Shown: piece after piece, positions 49,614 through 62,644 of the stretch
Position numbering within the stretch: the stretch's first letter is position 1
Layout: the number at the start of each line of letters is the position of its first letter
From: Vicugna vicugna
Taxonomy: Eukaryota
Assembly: GCA_013265495.1 (NCBI GenBank)
Contig: MU058815.1
Location: forward strand, 752,523 to 816,522
DNA: 64,000 bases
Reading direction: 5' to 3'
Position numbers and translations under genes: made by a program
The notes under the pieces: model-generated
Databases searched by the model: none
The model's input: the letters and a program-made list of their open reading frames with translations, nothing else
Told to the model about the DNA's origin: nothing

Positions 49614-52600
49614 GTGCGGGGGCTGCGTGGAGCTGTGACGTGAGCGTTCTTTTTCAGCTCTCTGGCATCACTCCCGGGGCTCTTGGCTGCTCTTAGGACT
49701 CACTTCATCCAGGAAAAGAGAGACTGAGAAGGGATTATAACCTGCTGCTGCCTCCTGCCTTTCTTCGGGAATTGCCCTGGGAGGGGCCATCACAGCAACC
49801 CACGCCGGGGTGTGGAGGGCTGTCCCGTTGCTTCACCACGAGTCCAGCTGCTTCTGGGAAGACAGGCCCTGGTGCCCTTTAAGAGGCTCCTGTGCGCTCA
49901 GGATTCCATCAGGAAAATGCAAGTCAGCAACACACCCCGCTCTGCTCTTGCATCACTTCCGTGGGTCTCTTGGGTTCTGATTTTCCCATCAGGCAGTCTT
50001 TTGCAAGAGCATTTCTCCCGCTCTATGTGACTCTCCCTGTAGGAATTACACACTCTGCAAGCACAGTATGTTACCATCAGCAAATGGAAAAAGCCTGAGG
50101 GGGAAGGTCTCACTGGGGTCACTGCAGCCTATTGGGGAAATGCTATCACTAGATCATTATGGCTCCAGGAAAGTGGCACTAAATCAACAGTGTTGGCTGC
50201 CTTCTAATATCAACCTTTACCCCTTATTCGTGCAACGATGCCTGCTTAGGCTAAACAATCTGTTCCCAGCGCATGGCAGCTTTTCTAGAGAACGTGCTGT
50301 GCGTATTACCAAGTTAGTTTACTTTGCTGATGTACGTTAAGGTTCTGCTAGATGCTTGAAAATGACAAGTCTCTTAATATGTAAAGATATTTTTCTGGGG
50401 AAATTCTAATCACCATGAGAAAAAGAGATAAAAGGTGTTAGATCAGAAAATGACAAGCACTGGGCAGGAAGGCTGCTATGATCTTGGCAGCGTTAATGTT
50501 TGCTCACTGCATCTGCTTACACGCAAACCTGGACGGCCCAACTTGCCTTCTCTACATGCATCATTTTACTCTCCATATGTGTTCTGGACACTTAAGTCAA
50601 TATAAATGCACTTAACTCAGTTAAAATAAAAAACTTTCTCTGTTTAAGCAGGAAATACAGAATCAGAAAAGAAAAAAGAGAAATCACCGATTCATGCATT
50701 TTATGGGGAAAAAAAGAAAAAGATAGAATCACTAGAAGAAAAGTCTCATAGGGAAACCTAAAGAAACTGAATGAGCAGGCCAGGCAGCATGTTCAGTTAT
50801 TTATTGGAATCTCCCATGCATTCTCCTTATTCAGGAGAATAAATACGGTGCAAAATAGAAAGTCGTACTCCAAGTACCTAAACAGAATGGAAATATATTT
50901 TTGGTTGAGCAAAGAGACTTGGTCTAAAGCCAGTAAGAAGCAGGCTCCCTTTCTAAGCAGAACGTGTGCTGAAAGATAGCTCATTTTCTGGGCTAACCTC
51001 TTCTACACTCCACACGGCCCCCAAGTCAAGGCTCATGAGCTCACCATGGGCGATACGGTACCCAGTACCTAGTGCAGCCTCTTCAGTCTGTTTTTCCATG
51101 AGTGGGTCCAACACCAATCTCTTCATCACCCAGACAGGAGAAACTGGTCACCTCCTCACAGTGTTCTCTTGAAGCCCGCAGGTCACGGGGAGCAATCCTC
51201 TCTCCCGACCCCACACACTGGCCTGTAGCAAGGTTATGATTGTCATTCAAAGACCTCATCCTTTCTGGCTTTTTCACCCTCAACCTCGACCCAATACTGT
51301 CATGATGAAAGCATGATTTTACTGATGGGTTATGAGGTCCAGCCTATGCAGGGAAGGAAGTATAGCCAGGGAAGACTGAATAACAAGGAATACAGGGAAA
51401 TTTAAAAAAAAAAAAGGAAATTTAATGTGTGATCAAAGAGAAGATGTGGTAACAAAGAGAGAGCTGTTGTCATCAGACCAAAGCTGTTCTGAACGTCTCT
51501 AAAACGCCACATCAACCCCCACTGAAGACCGAAAGAAAAAGTCATCATATTAGAGAATTTGATTTTCTAATTATTTTATTCTAATAAGATCATTTTTTCC
51601 TTCCCTGATCTTTTACATCTGTATATTTCAGTTCTTCACAAATAGTTCACTTATGGATCTTTCTTGTATTTGATCAATGTAACAGTTTTCATCTGTTCTA
51701 CCCTAAGATGCCTCTTCTACTGATACAAATGGGCCAGAACATTGTTGGTGGAATTGTAGACAAAGCTCTATAATTTAATCTTTATGATCATGAATGTCTT
51801 CATATCATTTTCAGGAAAAACTGTGAGCAAACCCAAGGTGATGAAAAATCTCTCCAATGCAGAGAAACTTTCTATGGAGGCTTCCAGCTTAATTAGAGGA
51901 CCCTCCAGCCGATACAACCTCCTGAGTCGGTGCAGATACTGAGATGATAAAAAGCCACACACATAATTATGTTATCTTTAGGCAAGCATCTCAAATTGTA
52001 CAGTGCAGCTGTTTCAAGATTTAGACACTTATTTCACATTCAGAATTAGAAGGGTGGCAACATTTTCAGCAATAAGCATAATGAACCACCCACGGAATCG
52101 AGTGATCACCCTTCTAAACGGCAGCATTTAACAACATTATTATCACGGGTTTTTTTTCCCCTGGACATTAATTCTTCAATTCTGGTAAAAATGTCAACTC
52201 TAATTCAATTTCTCTTATAGAGTATCCTATAAAATGAAAACAGTGAAATACAACTGAACTTAATGTACCCCAGCCATATTAAAAATGGAGTAATCTTTCT
52301 GAAGCATGGACTCAATGGCCAGAAGCAGGATTACTATTGGTGCAAAACTGGCTGACCAGCCCAGTGGTCACAGACCTGGGGACTGTGGGTAAATGACACT
52401 GGGAGCACACAGTAGGAAGAGGTGAAAAATGCCACCACTGTCTCTAAAGCAGGGCTCCCTAACTGTACATGCACACTGTAGTGTAGGGTGCAGGACAGCA
52501 AACTGGAGGTGGCAGTGCCACTCCCACCTCTGCCACCTGCCTGCTGTGTGACTGAGCAAGCCATTCACCCTCTCTGATCCTAACTGCCTGTCTTTCAGGT

Positions 52601-52672
52601 TGCCAGGAAAAGAGAATACAGATTTTTGAACTGATTTCTGATTCAGAGCTTATCTTAATGTTACTGAGTTTG

Positions 52673-52703
<31 letters not shown>

Positions 52704-52717
52704 GGTTCTGGACCAGG

Positions 52718-52935
52718 GCTTAAGAGCAGCCCTGGAACCAGAGAGTGGAGGTTTGCACCCCAACTCTGTCACTTTTTGTCCTGTGGAATTTGGGCACATT
52801 CCCTAGTTTCTCACTTGTGGGGTGAGCATGATATGAATTCTTACCTATGGGACTGGTGCATGGATTAAGTCAGTTAATATTTGGAAAGTGATTGAGACAG
52901 TGCTGCGCACACACTAGGTAGGTGCTAAATGAATA
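52718..52935 (+). mobile_element. MIR (near full-length), preceded by (TTTTG)n
   Basis: ttaagagcagccctggaaccagaga...ctctgtcactt...ggattaagtcagttaatatttggaaagtgattgagacagtgc...taggtgctaaatgaat. Confidence 0.8.
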
Positions 52936-53283
52936 AACAAGAGCCTGCTACCATTTCTTTCCTGACCCCAGATCCAACCGCAGCTGCTGAAGTCTGGAGC
53001 GAGAGGAGGAGAAAGGTGGGAATTCTTTGTCAAGTCTAGAAACAGGATGTGGCAACCTTGGTGCTTGATCGGGGCTGAGGCAGAGTGGTATGGAAAAGCC
53101 AACATTTTCACTGTCCCTCATCGATTTAACAAACACGTGCACAGGGATAATATGTGCCAGGCATCGTGTGTGCACTCACAAGTTGCAACACATTTAAAGC
53201 CCGACAGCCGTTCCAACAAAAGGCAGAGAAAAATGGGGATGTGACGCCCCACAATGGAGACTTTGGGTTGACAATGAAATAAC

Positions 53284-53505
53284 TGTATTAATGTTTGATG
53301 GCCGCCATAACACATTAGTAACAGATTTAATACAGCTTAAAACAGCACTCATTCATTCTTTCACTGTTTCTTCTGTAGGTCAGAGGTCCAAGCACAATGT
53401 GGCTTGGCTGAGTCCTTTGCTTGCTTTGGGTGTCACAAGGCCACAGCTAAGCTGCCCCTTTCTGGAGAGAAGAGTCTGTTGCCAAGCTGATTTAGGGTAT
53501 CATCA
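53284..53505 (-). mobile_element. MaLR LTR fragment (MLT1E/F-like)
   Basis: tgtatta...agcttaaaacagcac...tttcttctgtaggtcagaggtccaagcacaatgtggcttggctgagtcct...tgtcacaaggc. Confidence 0.7.
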
Positions 53506-53539
53506 GAATTCCATTACTTCGCTGTCCACATGTACTTTA

Positions 53540-54125
53540 TTTTTAAAAAATTTATTGAAGTGTAGTTGATTTCCAATATTAGTATCAGGTATACAGCAAA
53601 GTGATTCAGTTACACATATGCATACATCTCTCTGTATTTTTTTTCTTTTCACATTATTTTCCATTGTATGTTATTACAAGATATTGAATATATTTCTCTG
53701 TGCTGTAGAGTAGGTCCTTGTTGTTTATCTGTTTTATATGTAGTAATGTGTGTCTGTTAATCCCCAACCCCTGATTTATCCCTCCCTACCCTTTCCCCTT
53801 TAGTAACCACAGTTTGTTTACTATGTCTGTGAGTCTGTCTTTGGTTTGTAAATAGAATTTGTATCTTTTTTTTTTAAGATTCCACATATACTTGATATCA
53901 TATGATATTTGTCTTTCTCTGTCTGATTTACTTCATTCAATATGATAATCTCCAGGTCCACCCATGTTGCTGCAAATGGCGTTATTTCATTCTTTTTTAT
54001 GGCTGAGTAGTATTCCGTCATATAAATATACCACATCTTCTTTATCCAGTCCTCTGTTGATGGACATTCAGGCTGTTTCCATGTCCTGGCTGCTGTAAAT
54101 AGTGCTGCTCTGAACACTGGGGTGA
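53540..54125 (-). mobile_element. Young 5'-truncated L1 3' end with TSD
   Basis: The ORF track gives AALFTAARTWKQPECPSTEDWIKKMWYIYMTEYYSAIKKNE. TSD tccacatgtacttta (53525-53539) vs tccacatggacttta (54126-54140). Confidence 0.92.
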
Positions 54126-54140
54126 TCCACATGGACTTTA

Positions 54141-54388
54141 CGTCACTTTCTTTATCATCTGTCAGTGGACATTTAGATTGTTTCCAGAACTTGACTACTG
54201 TGAATAGTGCTGCAATGACATGGGGTGCAGACATCTTTTCAAGATCCTGATTTCAATTCTTTCGAGCACATAGCCAGAGGTAGGATTGCTGGATCATACG
54301 ATCATATTTTTAATTTTTTAAAAGGACCTTCTACATTGTCTTCTGCAGTGGTTGCACCATTGCACATTTCCACCAGCAGTGCATAAGG
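54141..54388 (-). mobile_element. Older L1MA-like ORF2 C-terminal fragment
   Basis: gtggacatttagattgtttcca...gatcctgatttcaattcttt...ggattgctggatcata...catttccaccagcagtgcataagg. Confidence 0.85.
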
Positions 54389-54413
54389 CCTTTGACTAAG
54401 ATCAAGTGTGGTA
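54387..54413 (+). pseudogene. RNU2: U2 snRNA 5' fragment (about nt 11-38)
   Basis: ggcctttgactaagatcaagtgtggta vs U2 GGCCUUUUGGCUAAGAUCAAGUGUAGUA: one deletion and two substitutions. Confidence 0.75.
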
Positions 54414-54639
54414 CCAATGGGTTCTAATGGATTAATCCAACATGACCTAATTATAGTTGTTGAAAATGTTAGGACAGTGACTTAGATGTTATGTTGTAGC
54501 GAGTATGCAGGAAATAAAGAAATCTTCCATCAGAACATTGTTCTAAAGAAGCTAAAATGTTGAATAAAAGGTCTCTGTTTTATTTTTTAAATTAAATATA
54601 CAGGAAAAAGTTATTTTTATTTTTGGTGTAGGTGTACAC

Positions 54640-57025
54640 CCTAACAACTTACTTGACTCCAAAATCTTTCCTTTACCCCTCTCCCCAACTTATGCCTTTG
54701 AAGAGCCAGACACAACCTAGAAACATTTTGTTTGTGTGTGACTTATAAATGCAATCAAATAATATGTAACTTTTTTAAAAGTTCTCCTTTCATGCAGTAT
54801 AATGCCTTTGCGATTCCTCCAAGTCCTTATATCCATCAATAATTTGCTCCTTTTAACTGCTGAATAATATTTCATTATATAGATACACTAAAATTTGTTT
54901 ATTGGCTCACTCAATGAAGAACATTTAGGTTGTTTTCAGTTTTTGGTGATTATGAATAGAACTTTCATATTCATGCACAAGTTTCTGTATGAAAATAAGT
55001 TTTTATTTTTCCAAGATAAGTGCTTATGAGTGGTGTTACTGGGTCATGAGATAAGTGAACATTAAACCTTAGGAGAGATGCCAAGCTGTTCCCAAGAGGG
55101 ACTGTACCACTTTGCATCTCTACCAGCAATGAGAGATTCAGTTGCTCTGCACCTTCACCCGCATTTGGTCCTGTCACTATAAGACCTCCTTTTTATAATT
55201 TTAGCCCTTCTAATTTATAGGTGTGGAATGGTATCTCAGAATGGCTTTAATTTGCATTTCCCTAATGGTTAATGATGTTGAGCATCTTTTTATGTAATTA
55301 TTTGCCATCTGTATATCCTCTTTAGTAAGTGTGTTTTGAAGTCTTTCCCCCATGTTTTTAAATTAGATTGCTCTCTTACTGTTGAGTTTGAGTTCTTTAT
55401 GTAAATTTTAAATATAGGTCCTTTGTCAGATTCATGAACTGCAAATATTTTCAATATTGTCTCCCAATCTGTAGCTTGTCTTTTCACTCTCTTCTATAGA
55501 GACAAAGTTTTTAATTTTAATGAAGTCCAATTTATCATTTTTAATGTTATGCATCATGTTTTAGTTATCTTATCTAACAACTGTTTGCGAACCTCAGATT
55601 GCAATGATTTTCTACTTTTTCTTCATAGATTTTTTATTACACTTTACGTCTAGCTTCCATAGTTAATTTTTATGTCAGACATGATGTTCAGCAGAGGTCT
55701 ATTAGTTTGCATATAGATGTCTAGTTGTTTCAACATCATTTGTTGAAATGTCATCCTTTTTCCATTAATTTTTTTATCTTTGTTAAAAATCAATTTTATG
55801 TCTACTTGTAGATTCTATTCTGTTCTGTTGATCTGTGTCTATCCCTTTGCCAATACCATTTTTTCTTGATTACTTTAACTTCACAGTAAGTCTTAAAATT
55901 GAATAGCGCAAGTCCTTCAACTTGGCTTTTCTTTCTCAAAATTGTTTTGAACATTCTATTCCCTTTACTTTGCATATAAATCATAGAATCAGTTTGTCTG
56001 TATCTACTAAAATTCTTCTGGTATATTTATTGGAATTATGTTATCTATAGAGAAATTTAGGGAGAACTGACATTTTTATCTACACTATTCTTCCATCCAT
56101 GAAGATATTTCTCCACTATTTATATCCCTTCATTTATTTATGTCTTCTTTGATTTCTTTCATCAGAGGATTTTTGGTTTTGGTTTTGGTTTTCAGCATAT
56201 AGATACTGCATACATTTTGTTAGCTTTATATCTACATATTTCCTATTTTGGGAATTATAGGAAATGTACTTTTAAAATATTTTGGTTCCAAATTATTTAT
56301 TGCTTATACATAAAAATGCAATTCATTTTTGTGAAGTGCTCTTGTATCCCACAATCTTGCTAATAAGCTCACATATTAGTTCTATGAGCTTTTCCTGCAG
56401 ATTCCATGAGATCTTGTACATAGGCAATTGTTGCAGTCATCTCTTCCAAACTATACCATTGTCCACCACCAGCAATTAATGAGGGCTCTTGTTGCGCCCC
56501 CATCTTTGCCAGAGACTGGTACTCTCAGGTTTGTGGGGGTTTTTTTAGCCATTCTAATAGGTAGATAATGGTAGCTCACTGTAATTTTATTTATATTTCC
56601 TTGAGACAGATGATGTTGAACATTTTGTCTTGTGTTTATCCGCAACATCTTAGTGATATGTATCTTGCTCATTTTTAAACTTATTTGTCTTATAGCTGAG
56701 GTTTAAGGGCACTTTGTATATTTTAAATACAAATCCTTTATCAGACAAACATTTTACAAATATTTTCTTTCGGTCTATGGCTCATCTTTTCATCCTCTTA
56801 ACTGCCTTTCACAGAGCAGATGGAAAAAATTAATAAAACTATTAACTTTAATAATAAAGTCCAGCTTATCTGCTTTTTCTTTCCCAGGGTCACGCTTTTG
56901 GTATTGTATCTAATAATTCATCACCAAACCCAAAGTTTCCTTGGTTTTCTCCTGTTTCATCTTCTTATTGTCTTGCTTTACATTTAGAGCTATGATCCAT
57001 TTTGATTTAATTTTTGTGAAAGGCC
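54640..57025 (-). mobile_element. Old L1MB/L1MC fragments (54640-56430 and 56440-57025)
   Basis: The ORF track gives MKRQATDWE, FKTYCEVKVIKKKWYWQRDRH and YHYLPIRMAK, all degraded L1 ORF2. An antisense 3'UTR lies at 54640-55000. Confidence 0.85.
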
Positions 57026-57999
57026 ATTTACTTTTCAGCATCCTCAGGTGGCTGCTTCATGCCTGCCTAGGAGTTACAGCTGCATTTTTGTGGTGGAGAT
57101 ACAACAGAGTTTGTTTCTCCATATTTCTCAGAACAATTCGTGAGCATTTAATATTTTATTTTAAGAGTTTTTTCTTTTCTTTTTGCTTTATTTAAAGTTT
57201 TCCTTTTTTTTTTACATGAAAATCAATCTGATTGTTAGCCATAACGCACATATTTTTCAAACTTGGAGATAAATGTACACTTCCTTTTGGAAGTTATATT
57301 ATGCATTTTATAGTTATGATCTAATGAAAATTTTCCAGACTTAGAAAAGGAATCTGAATATTAACATTTGCCAGGCGATGTATAGTTTCCAAAGAGCTTT
57401 TCTCATTAATTATCTCAGAAAACTAAATAATGATGTGACTATTAAAGGTTAATTAAGCAAATACTTGCAAAGTAATTGGGAGGTAATCTATTTCTAACTT
57501 AACAGGTCACTCAGGGGTATATTTTTGCAGCTCAACACCTCTAACCAAAACAAAAAGATATTTAAATAGTTTCCCTAGTGGAAACCAATAAGCCTGTGCT
57601 CGCTCTTTCAAGTCAGTTGTTTCCAAGGGTCCCTGATTCCAACGTTTGGATGATCTGGGAGGTTTTATGAGGATTCTGAGCTCTTCCCTACCAGTGTTAA
57701 CGCAAACCTTACACTGCTTTTTGCCATTTCAGAATAAAAAAATATCCGAAGGAAGTAACTAGAAGGCGCAGAGGGAGGTGGAAGTCAGAGAACTAGCCAT
57801 CTACTCGCGGAAAGCAACTTTTGGTTACTGAGTATACAGAACCAGTGGGTAAAAAGCCAACTCATGTTAACAGCCAAACGTGCCTGTCCAAGTGCATATC
57901 CCTACAAAGAAATTTTCTTAAAATATCTTCCATGGGTGCAGTTTACACCATTGTCAGTATTCCCATCAGCAGCGTAACCACACAGTGCTTTCCACGACT

Positions 58000-58615
58000 C
58001 TGGGCAGCCTGGGCGCTGCCTCACGAGGAGCAAGGCGTTTAAAGTCACATCCCTCCTGCTCCGGGTTTTCCAGCCAAAGGACGTGACTCCCAGGTACGAA
58101 GAGGCGCGGGGGCCGGCCGAGCAGAGGTGACGGTGTCGGTTACAGCCCGAGCGTCAGCCCGGCTGCGTCCTCGCGCCGGCGGCGGGAGTGGCCGCCGCTT
58201 GGCTCTGCCTGCGCCCCGCGGGGCGGGGAGGCGGGGGTCCCGGGCGGCGCGGCGGGCCCCCTCCCGCGGGAGCCGGAGCCGGGCGGGGTCGCTGTTGCTT
58301 TGGGCGAGCACATCATCCCCGCGCCCACCCTCTGCGCACCCAGGTCTCCTCCCGGAGGCCATTCGGGGGCAAGAGAAGGACGGGAGGAGGGGAAGGAAGA
58401 GGAGGAGGAAGGAGAGAAGGAGGAGGGAGAGGAGGAGGGAGATCGCTTCCCTGATGCCAGCGGCAGCCCCCGCGCCCATCCGCGGCTCCGGGGCGAAGAT
58501 GGAGGGGAGCGCGCGGCGGCCGGGACTGGCCCTGCGGCGGGCCGCGCGCGGAGCCAGGCGGTGCCGGCCAGCCAAGGTCTTGCATTCCTTGAAAAAATTC
58601 TCTCAGCCAGCTTAG
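58000..58615. promoter_or_regulatory. CpG island, probable promoter and first exon of an unidentified gene
   Basis: Abrupt rise in GC and CpG density in an AT-rich background. GC boxes GGGGCGGGG (58220-58228) and GGGCGGGG (58281-58288). Donor-like AG|GTATGA after 58615 at the island's right edge. Confidence 0.8.
58382..58442 (+). repeat. 61-nt pure polypurine (GGA-rich) tract
   Basis: Only A and G from 58382 to 58442. Confidence 0.95.
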
Positions 58616-59572
58616 GTATGAGACTAATAAAGTGTCTGATCAGTAGATCAAGAAAACAGCGGCTGCCATTTACTCTAAGTCCCTGAATTTTGCAGAAATG
58701 ATCATAGACCAGATGCCATCCATCTTTTTGGATCCGAAAAACTTTATCTTTTTTTTTTTTTTAAGGATCAGTAAGCAAGCTACACACTCACAAGAATAAG
58801 AAGATAATATTTCTTGTGTTATAGGGATTTAAAATCCCCCTACTTCTGTTTGGAGCAAAGCTGACAATTCCCAGCCATTGTCAATTCTGGAAGTCCACAC
58901 TTCTAGATTCCGACTCTAGCTCTGTTCTCTGCCCGATTCCCTAACAGCAAAGTGACTCCAAGGAATCTGAAAATGTCTGCAGTTTTAAAACATAAAAATA
59001 GGCATTCAAAAGGAAATTTAAAAATACATCGTACCACTAACATATTAAGGCAAGACTGATTATTTTTCCCTGGCCCATCCCTGACTTCTTAAGATAGTCT
59101 AATATATACCAGGAGAAACAGAATGACCAAGAAGCCTGTTTATCCAGAAACAGTCCAAACCACAAAACTATAAGACTTAAACCCTGCACATTTTACTCTT
59201 GTTCCATAGCATGTAGAATGCTGCTTTTTAGAATGGTTGATTCTATTCCTGGGTGAAAAATCCATATTTATGGTGTAGCCCCAAGAGTTCAGACAATTGT
59301 ATCAATTGTGTGGCTCTTCACTCACCCAAGCCTTTTCCAATTACCTGTAATGATATCCCCAATCTGACCTGAGCCCACCACTGCATCTCTGCCAGCTCCG
59401 AACCTATGGGAGTCAAGGTCCAGAGGGCTAATAGAGGATTCTGACCAATAGCAATGTGGGTCTTAAACTGCATGTCCCTAGTCGTTGTCAGCCTGCATCA
59501 AATCTCTCCAGTGACCATGTCCTGATTGCTATGTTGGTTTTCTCCTAATGCTGCAAATCTTACAAACGCCTT

Positions 59573-59735
59573 CCTTTTAAATTTGAGATTTAATTGACAT
59601 ATAACATTGTATTAGTTTTAGGTATGCAACATAATGACCTGATATATGCGTATATTACAAAATTATTACCATAATACGTTTAGTTAATATCTATCATTTG
59701 CACGGGGTTCCTTTTTTTCCCCCTGTGGTAAGAAC
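59573..59735 (-). mobile_element. L1MA-like 3' tip
   Basis: ttgagatttaattgacatataacattgtattagttttaggtatgcaacataatga. Confidence 0.8.
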
Positions 59736-60204
59736 CAAATGCTTTTTTAAAGCACCTAGTCCCTCATTCCTCATTTTTTTCTAAATAGTTGGCAATATGC
59801 TGAAATGCAGACATAATTTGTCTAATTCGAAACTGCCTTTCCCCTTTGCATGAGACATTTGCGTGCCAACACACCTGCACTTCCCCCACATCCAGCATCC
59901 ATGTATCCGAAGTAAGGCAGCAACTAAGCTTACTTAAATCTCGCACAACTGATATGAAGAAGGTGGGGAGGGAGACTCTAACTGTGTTTCGGTCGCTAAA
60001 AGAGACTCATAAATTCTAAGATAAAACAGGACAAGATGTCACTGGGCCTTAATAACTGTAGATAAGGAAATGCAAGCATTTGAAGAGAAGCGCTAATCAT
60101 TACAGACAAGTTAGGAGAATAGGAATGCAGCTCCTCAGATATTACTGAGAAATAGTTGACTATTAACTGCACTTCTCAGCCCTTAGGCGACTCTCCTTTC
60201 GTGT

Positions 60205-60385
60205 ATGTATTCATTCATTCATTCCTTCCTTCCTTCTTCCTTCCTTCACTAACTACTATGTAAGCTCCTACCACCTTCCAGGACCAGTGCTGGACAAGAG
60301 GACAGAGTGGTGAGCACGTTAGTTCGTCTTCCCACAGCTGATGATGGAACAGTCTCAGTGTTCTGTGCTTAGTGTCATAACGCGG
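60205..60385 (-). mobile_element. L2 3' end with (TTCA)n/(TTCC)n tail
   Basis: tattcattcattcattccttcc...aactactatgtaagctcctacc...ccaggaccagtgctggac. Confidence 0.65.
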
Positions 60386-62069
60386 TGTGTACAGAATGTC
60401 GCAGAAGCACACACAAGGGCGTGGGATCGAAGTGGGGGGGGTTGTGTTCTGACGCTGTCAGGATGGAAGACTGCGAAGGCACATGGGGAACACCAGGATG
60501 TTTCACCGCACATGGGAAATTTAGGCTGTAACCTGAAGGAGCAGGTCTGGAAAAACCAGAGCAAACCTTCACTCCAGTTTGCTTCAAGTGACTATCACCC
60601 GCCTCCAGAAAGTTGCCCCTGCTTCCCCTGCGCCTCCCTGCAAAAAGGGGGGAAATTCGCAGCACAGAGACGGTCACTTGTGCCCAACCCTTTAGATTTG
60701 CCTCGAATTTTTCTTTACTTGTTTTCTCTGTGACTTTGTTTCCTCCAGAGTTAAATTTCAGTCTCCCTGAGAGCAGTCCCCTTGCATCTCTGCTTACAGC
60801 GCTAAGCACAGGTAAAGATCAGTGGTGTTTGGTCTTGTGTTTGATTTTTGTTTCATCGGAAAATAAAAAGCTGTTTGTCTCATATTGTCTCATAAATTCA
60901 GACCACTGGGTCTGGGAGCTCTCTTGAAACTGGAGTGTTCCATATACCTCTCCATAGGAGCAACTCAGGCTTAGCCCTTTTTCTTTGCTATTATTTGATT
61001 TCTCAGCTATAATGTTAGGCATATGCTCCTGTTTGATCACCTAAGCCTGATGGAAATCTTTTTGTCCATAATGGAAATGTTTAGGATTCGTATACATACA
61101 ATGTGAATGTTAAGCTCCAGCTGTGCCGATCAGAAACTCCATAATTAAAATGATAACAGAGCTAAATCCAGAGCGTTGGTACACCCTTCACACCAGAAAG
61201 GGCTGTCTCCTGTCCCTCGTTAATAGTCTGCCACGCACGTCCCTCTCCAGTGTTTCCCCAAAGTTGTTGCATAGCTCCATAAATATAGGATGCTAGTCAC
61301 CAGCGTAGACTGAAAAGCTGAGGCCTTTCCTTATTTATTGAAGCTAATTTAAGTTCATAAAAAAAAGATTATAAAAGTGACCAATTGCTACTTACAAAAT
61401 GTATTTCATAGCAGAAAATTTGTTCCTGCACAATCTTTTAGGCTAAATTTTACCACAATGGTGATTTGTTTTTTTTAACAATCATAAACCCCTACTGACA
61501 GAAGTCTTAACTCTATCGGTGACAACAGATGCTACTAAAATACTGTTTTGTCTCAAAGTTTCATAGTGTATCATAAACCAAACAATTATGATTGTTTAAA
61601 AGCCTGTTCCCAGACTGCGCTCCAGACCCACAGCAGGAAACATATTGTCTGAAAAGAATATGCAGTAATTGGGATTTTATCTGACAAATACAGCAGTGAA
61701 AATATTCATGAAAAATCTGCACGAGTGCTACAGAATTAGGCTCATAACCTGACATGAAAAGCAAATAAAAATCCATACAAACTGTCAAACAGGGGGAAAG
61801 GCAATGATTTCTTTTGAGCACTTGGAAGACTCTCAGAGGCCTTTGTGCTAAGACTTAATTCAACCTGTCATGGTGCCAAGACCACCTTGTGTGTCAGTGC
61901 AGGGCAGGTGCCAGACTGACCCTGAGCTTGGATCCATTTCTGCCACCGTGGTCTTGGACAATATTATACCAATACATTTTATTTTTGTCCTCACTAGTAG
62001 CGCTCATTCTTGTCCTCATCTTTATAGGTTTGCTAATAATGGTAAGCCAAGTCAAGAAGCAGCTATCTG

Positions 62070-62644
62070 CACTATTTACAATAGCCAAACATGGAAACAA
62101 CCTAAATGTCCATCAACAGATGACTAGATGAAGATGATGTGATATATATACATATAAATATATATATATATAGTGGAATACTACTCAGCCATTAAAAATA
62201 ATGAAATAATGCCATTTGCAGCAACATGGATGAACCTAGACATTATCATATTAGGTGAAGTAAGTCAGACAAAGACAAGTATAATACAATATCACTTATA
62301 AGTGGAATCTAAAAAAAAGTTGCAAGTTTTATTTACAGACCAGAAATAGACTCACAGATACAGAAAACAAACTATGGTTACCAAAGGGGAAATTGGGGAA
62401 GGATAAACGAGAAGTTTGGGATTAACTGATACACACTATTATATATAAAATAGATAAACAACAAGGACCTACTGTATAGCACAGGGAACTATATTCAGTT
62501 CCTTGTAAGGAGCTGTAATGGAAAAGAATCTGAAAAAAAAATGTATGTATATGTATAACTGAAGCGCTTTGCTATACACCTGAAACTAACATTGTAAGTC
62601 AAATACACTTCAGTAAAAAATACAATTTAAAAAGTGGGAAAAAA
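62070..62644 (+). mobile_element. 5'-truncated L1 3' end
   Basis: ALFTIAK.WKQPKCPSTDD, followed by 3'UTR and an A tail. Degenerate TSD aagaagcagctatctg (62054-62069) vs aagaatttgctatctg (62645-62660). Confidence 0.9.

Noticed and set aside
51805..51945. Acceptor-like cattttcag followed by a ~42-codon open frame
   Set aside because: No recognisable protein and no donor or linked exon.
55040..57025. Apparent tandem duplication of an L1 ORF2 segment
   Set aside because: The two pieces are quite divergent from each other. Independent same-orientation L1 insertions explain it.
58045..58575. 176-aa minus-strand ORF with a Leu-rich signal/TM-like stretch
   Set aside because: The hydrophobic run is simply the translation of the polypyrimidine strand of the GGA tract, and GC-rich DNA lacks stops. 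No homolog is recognised.
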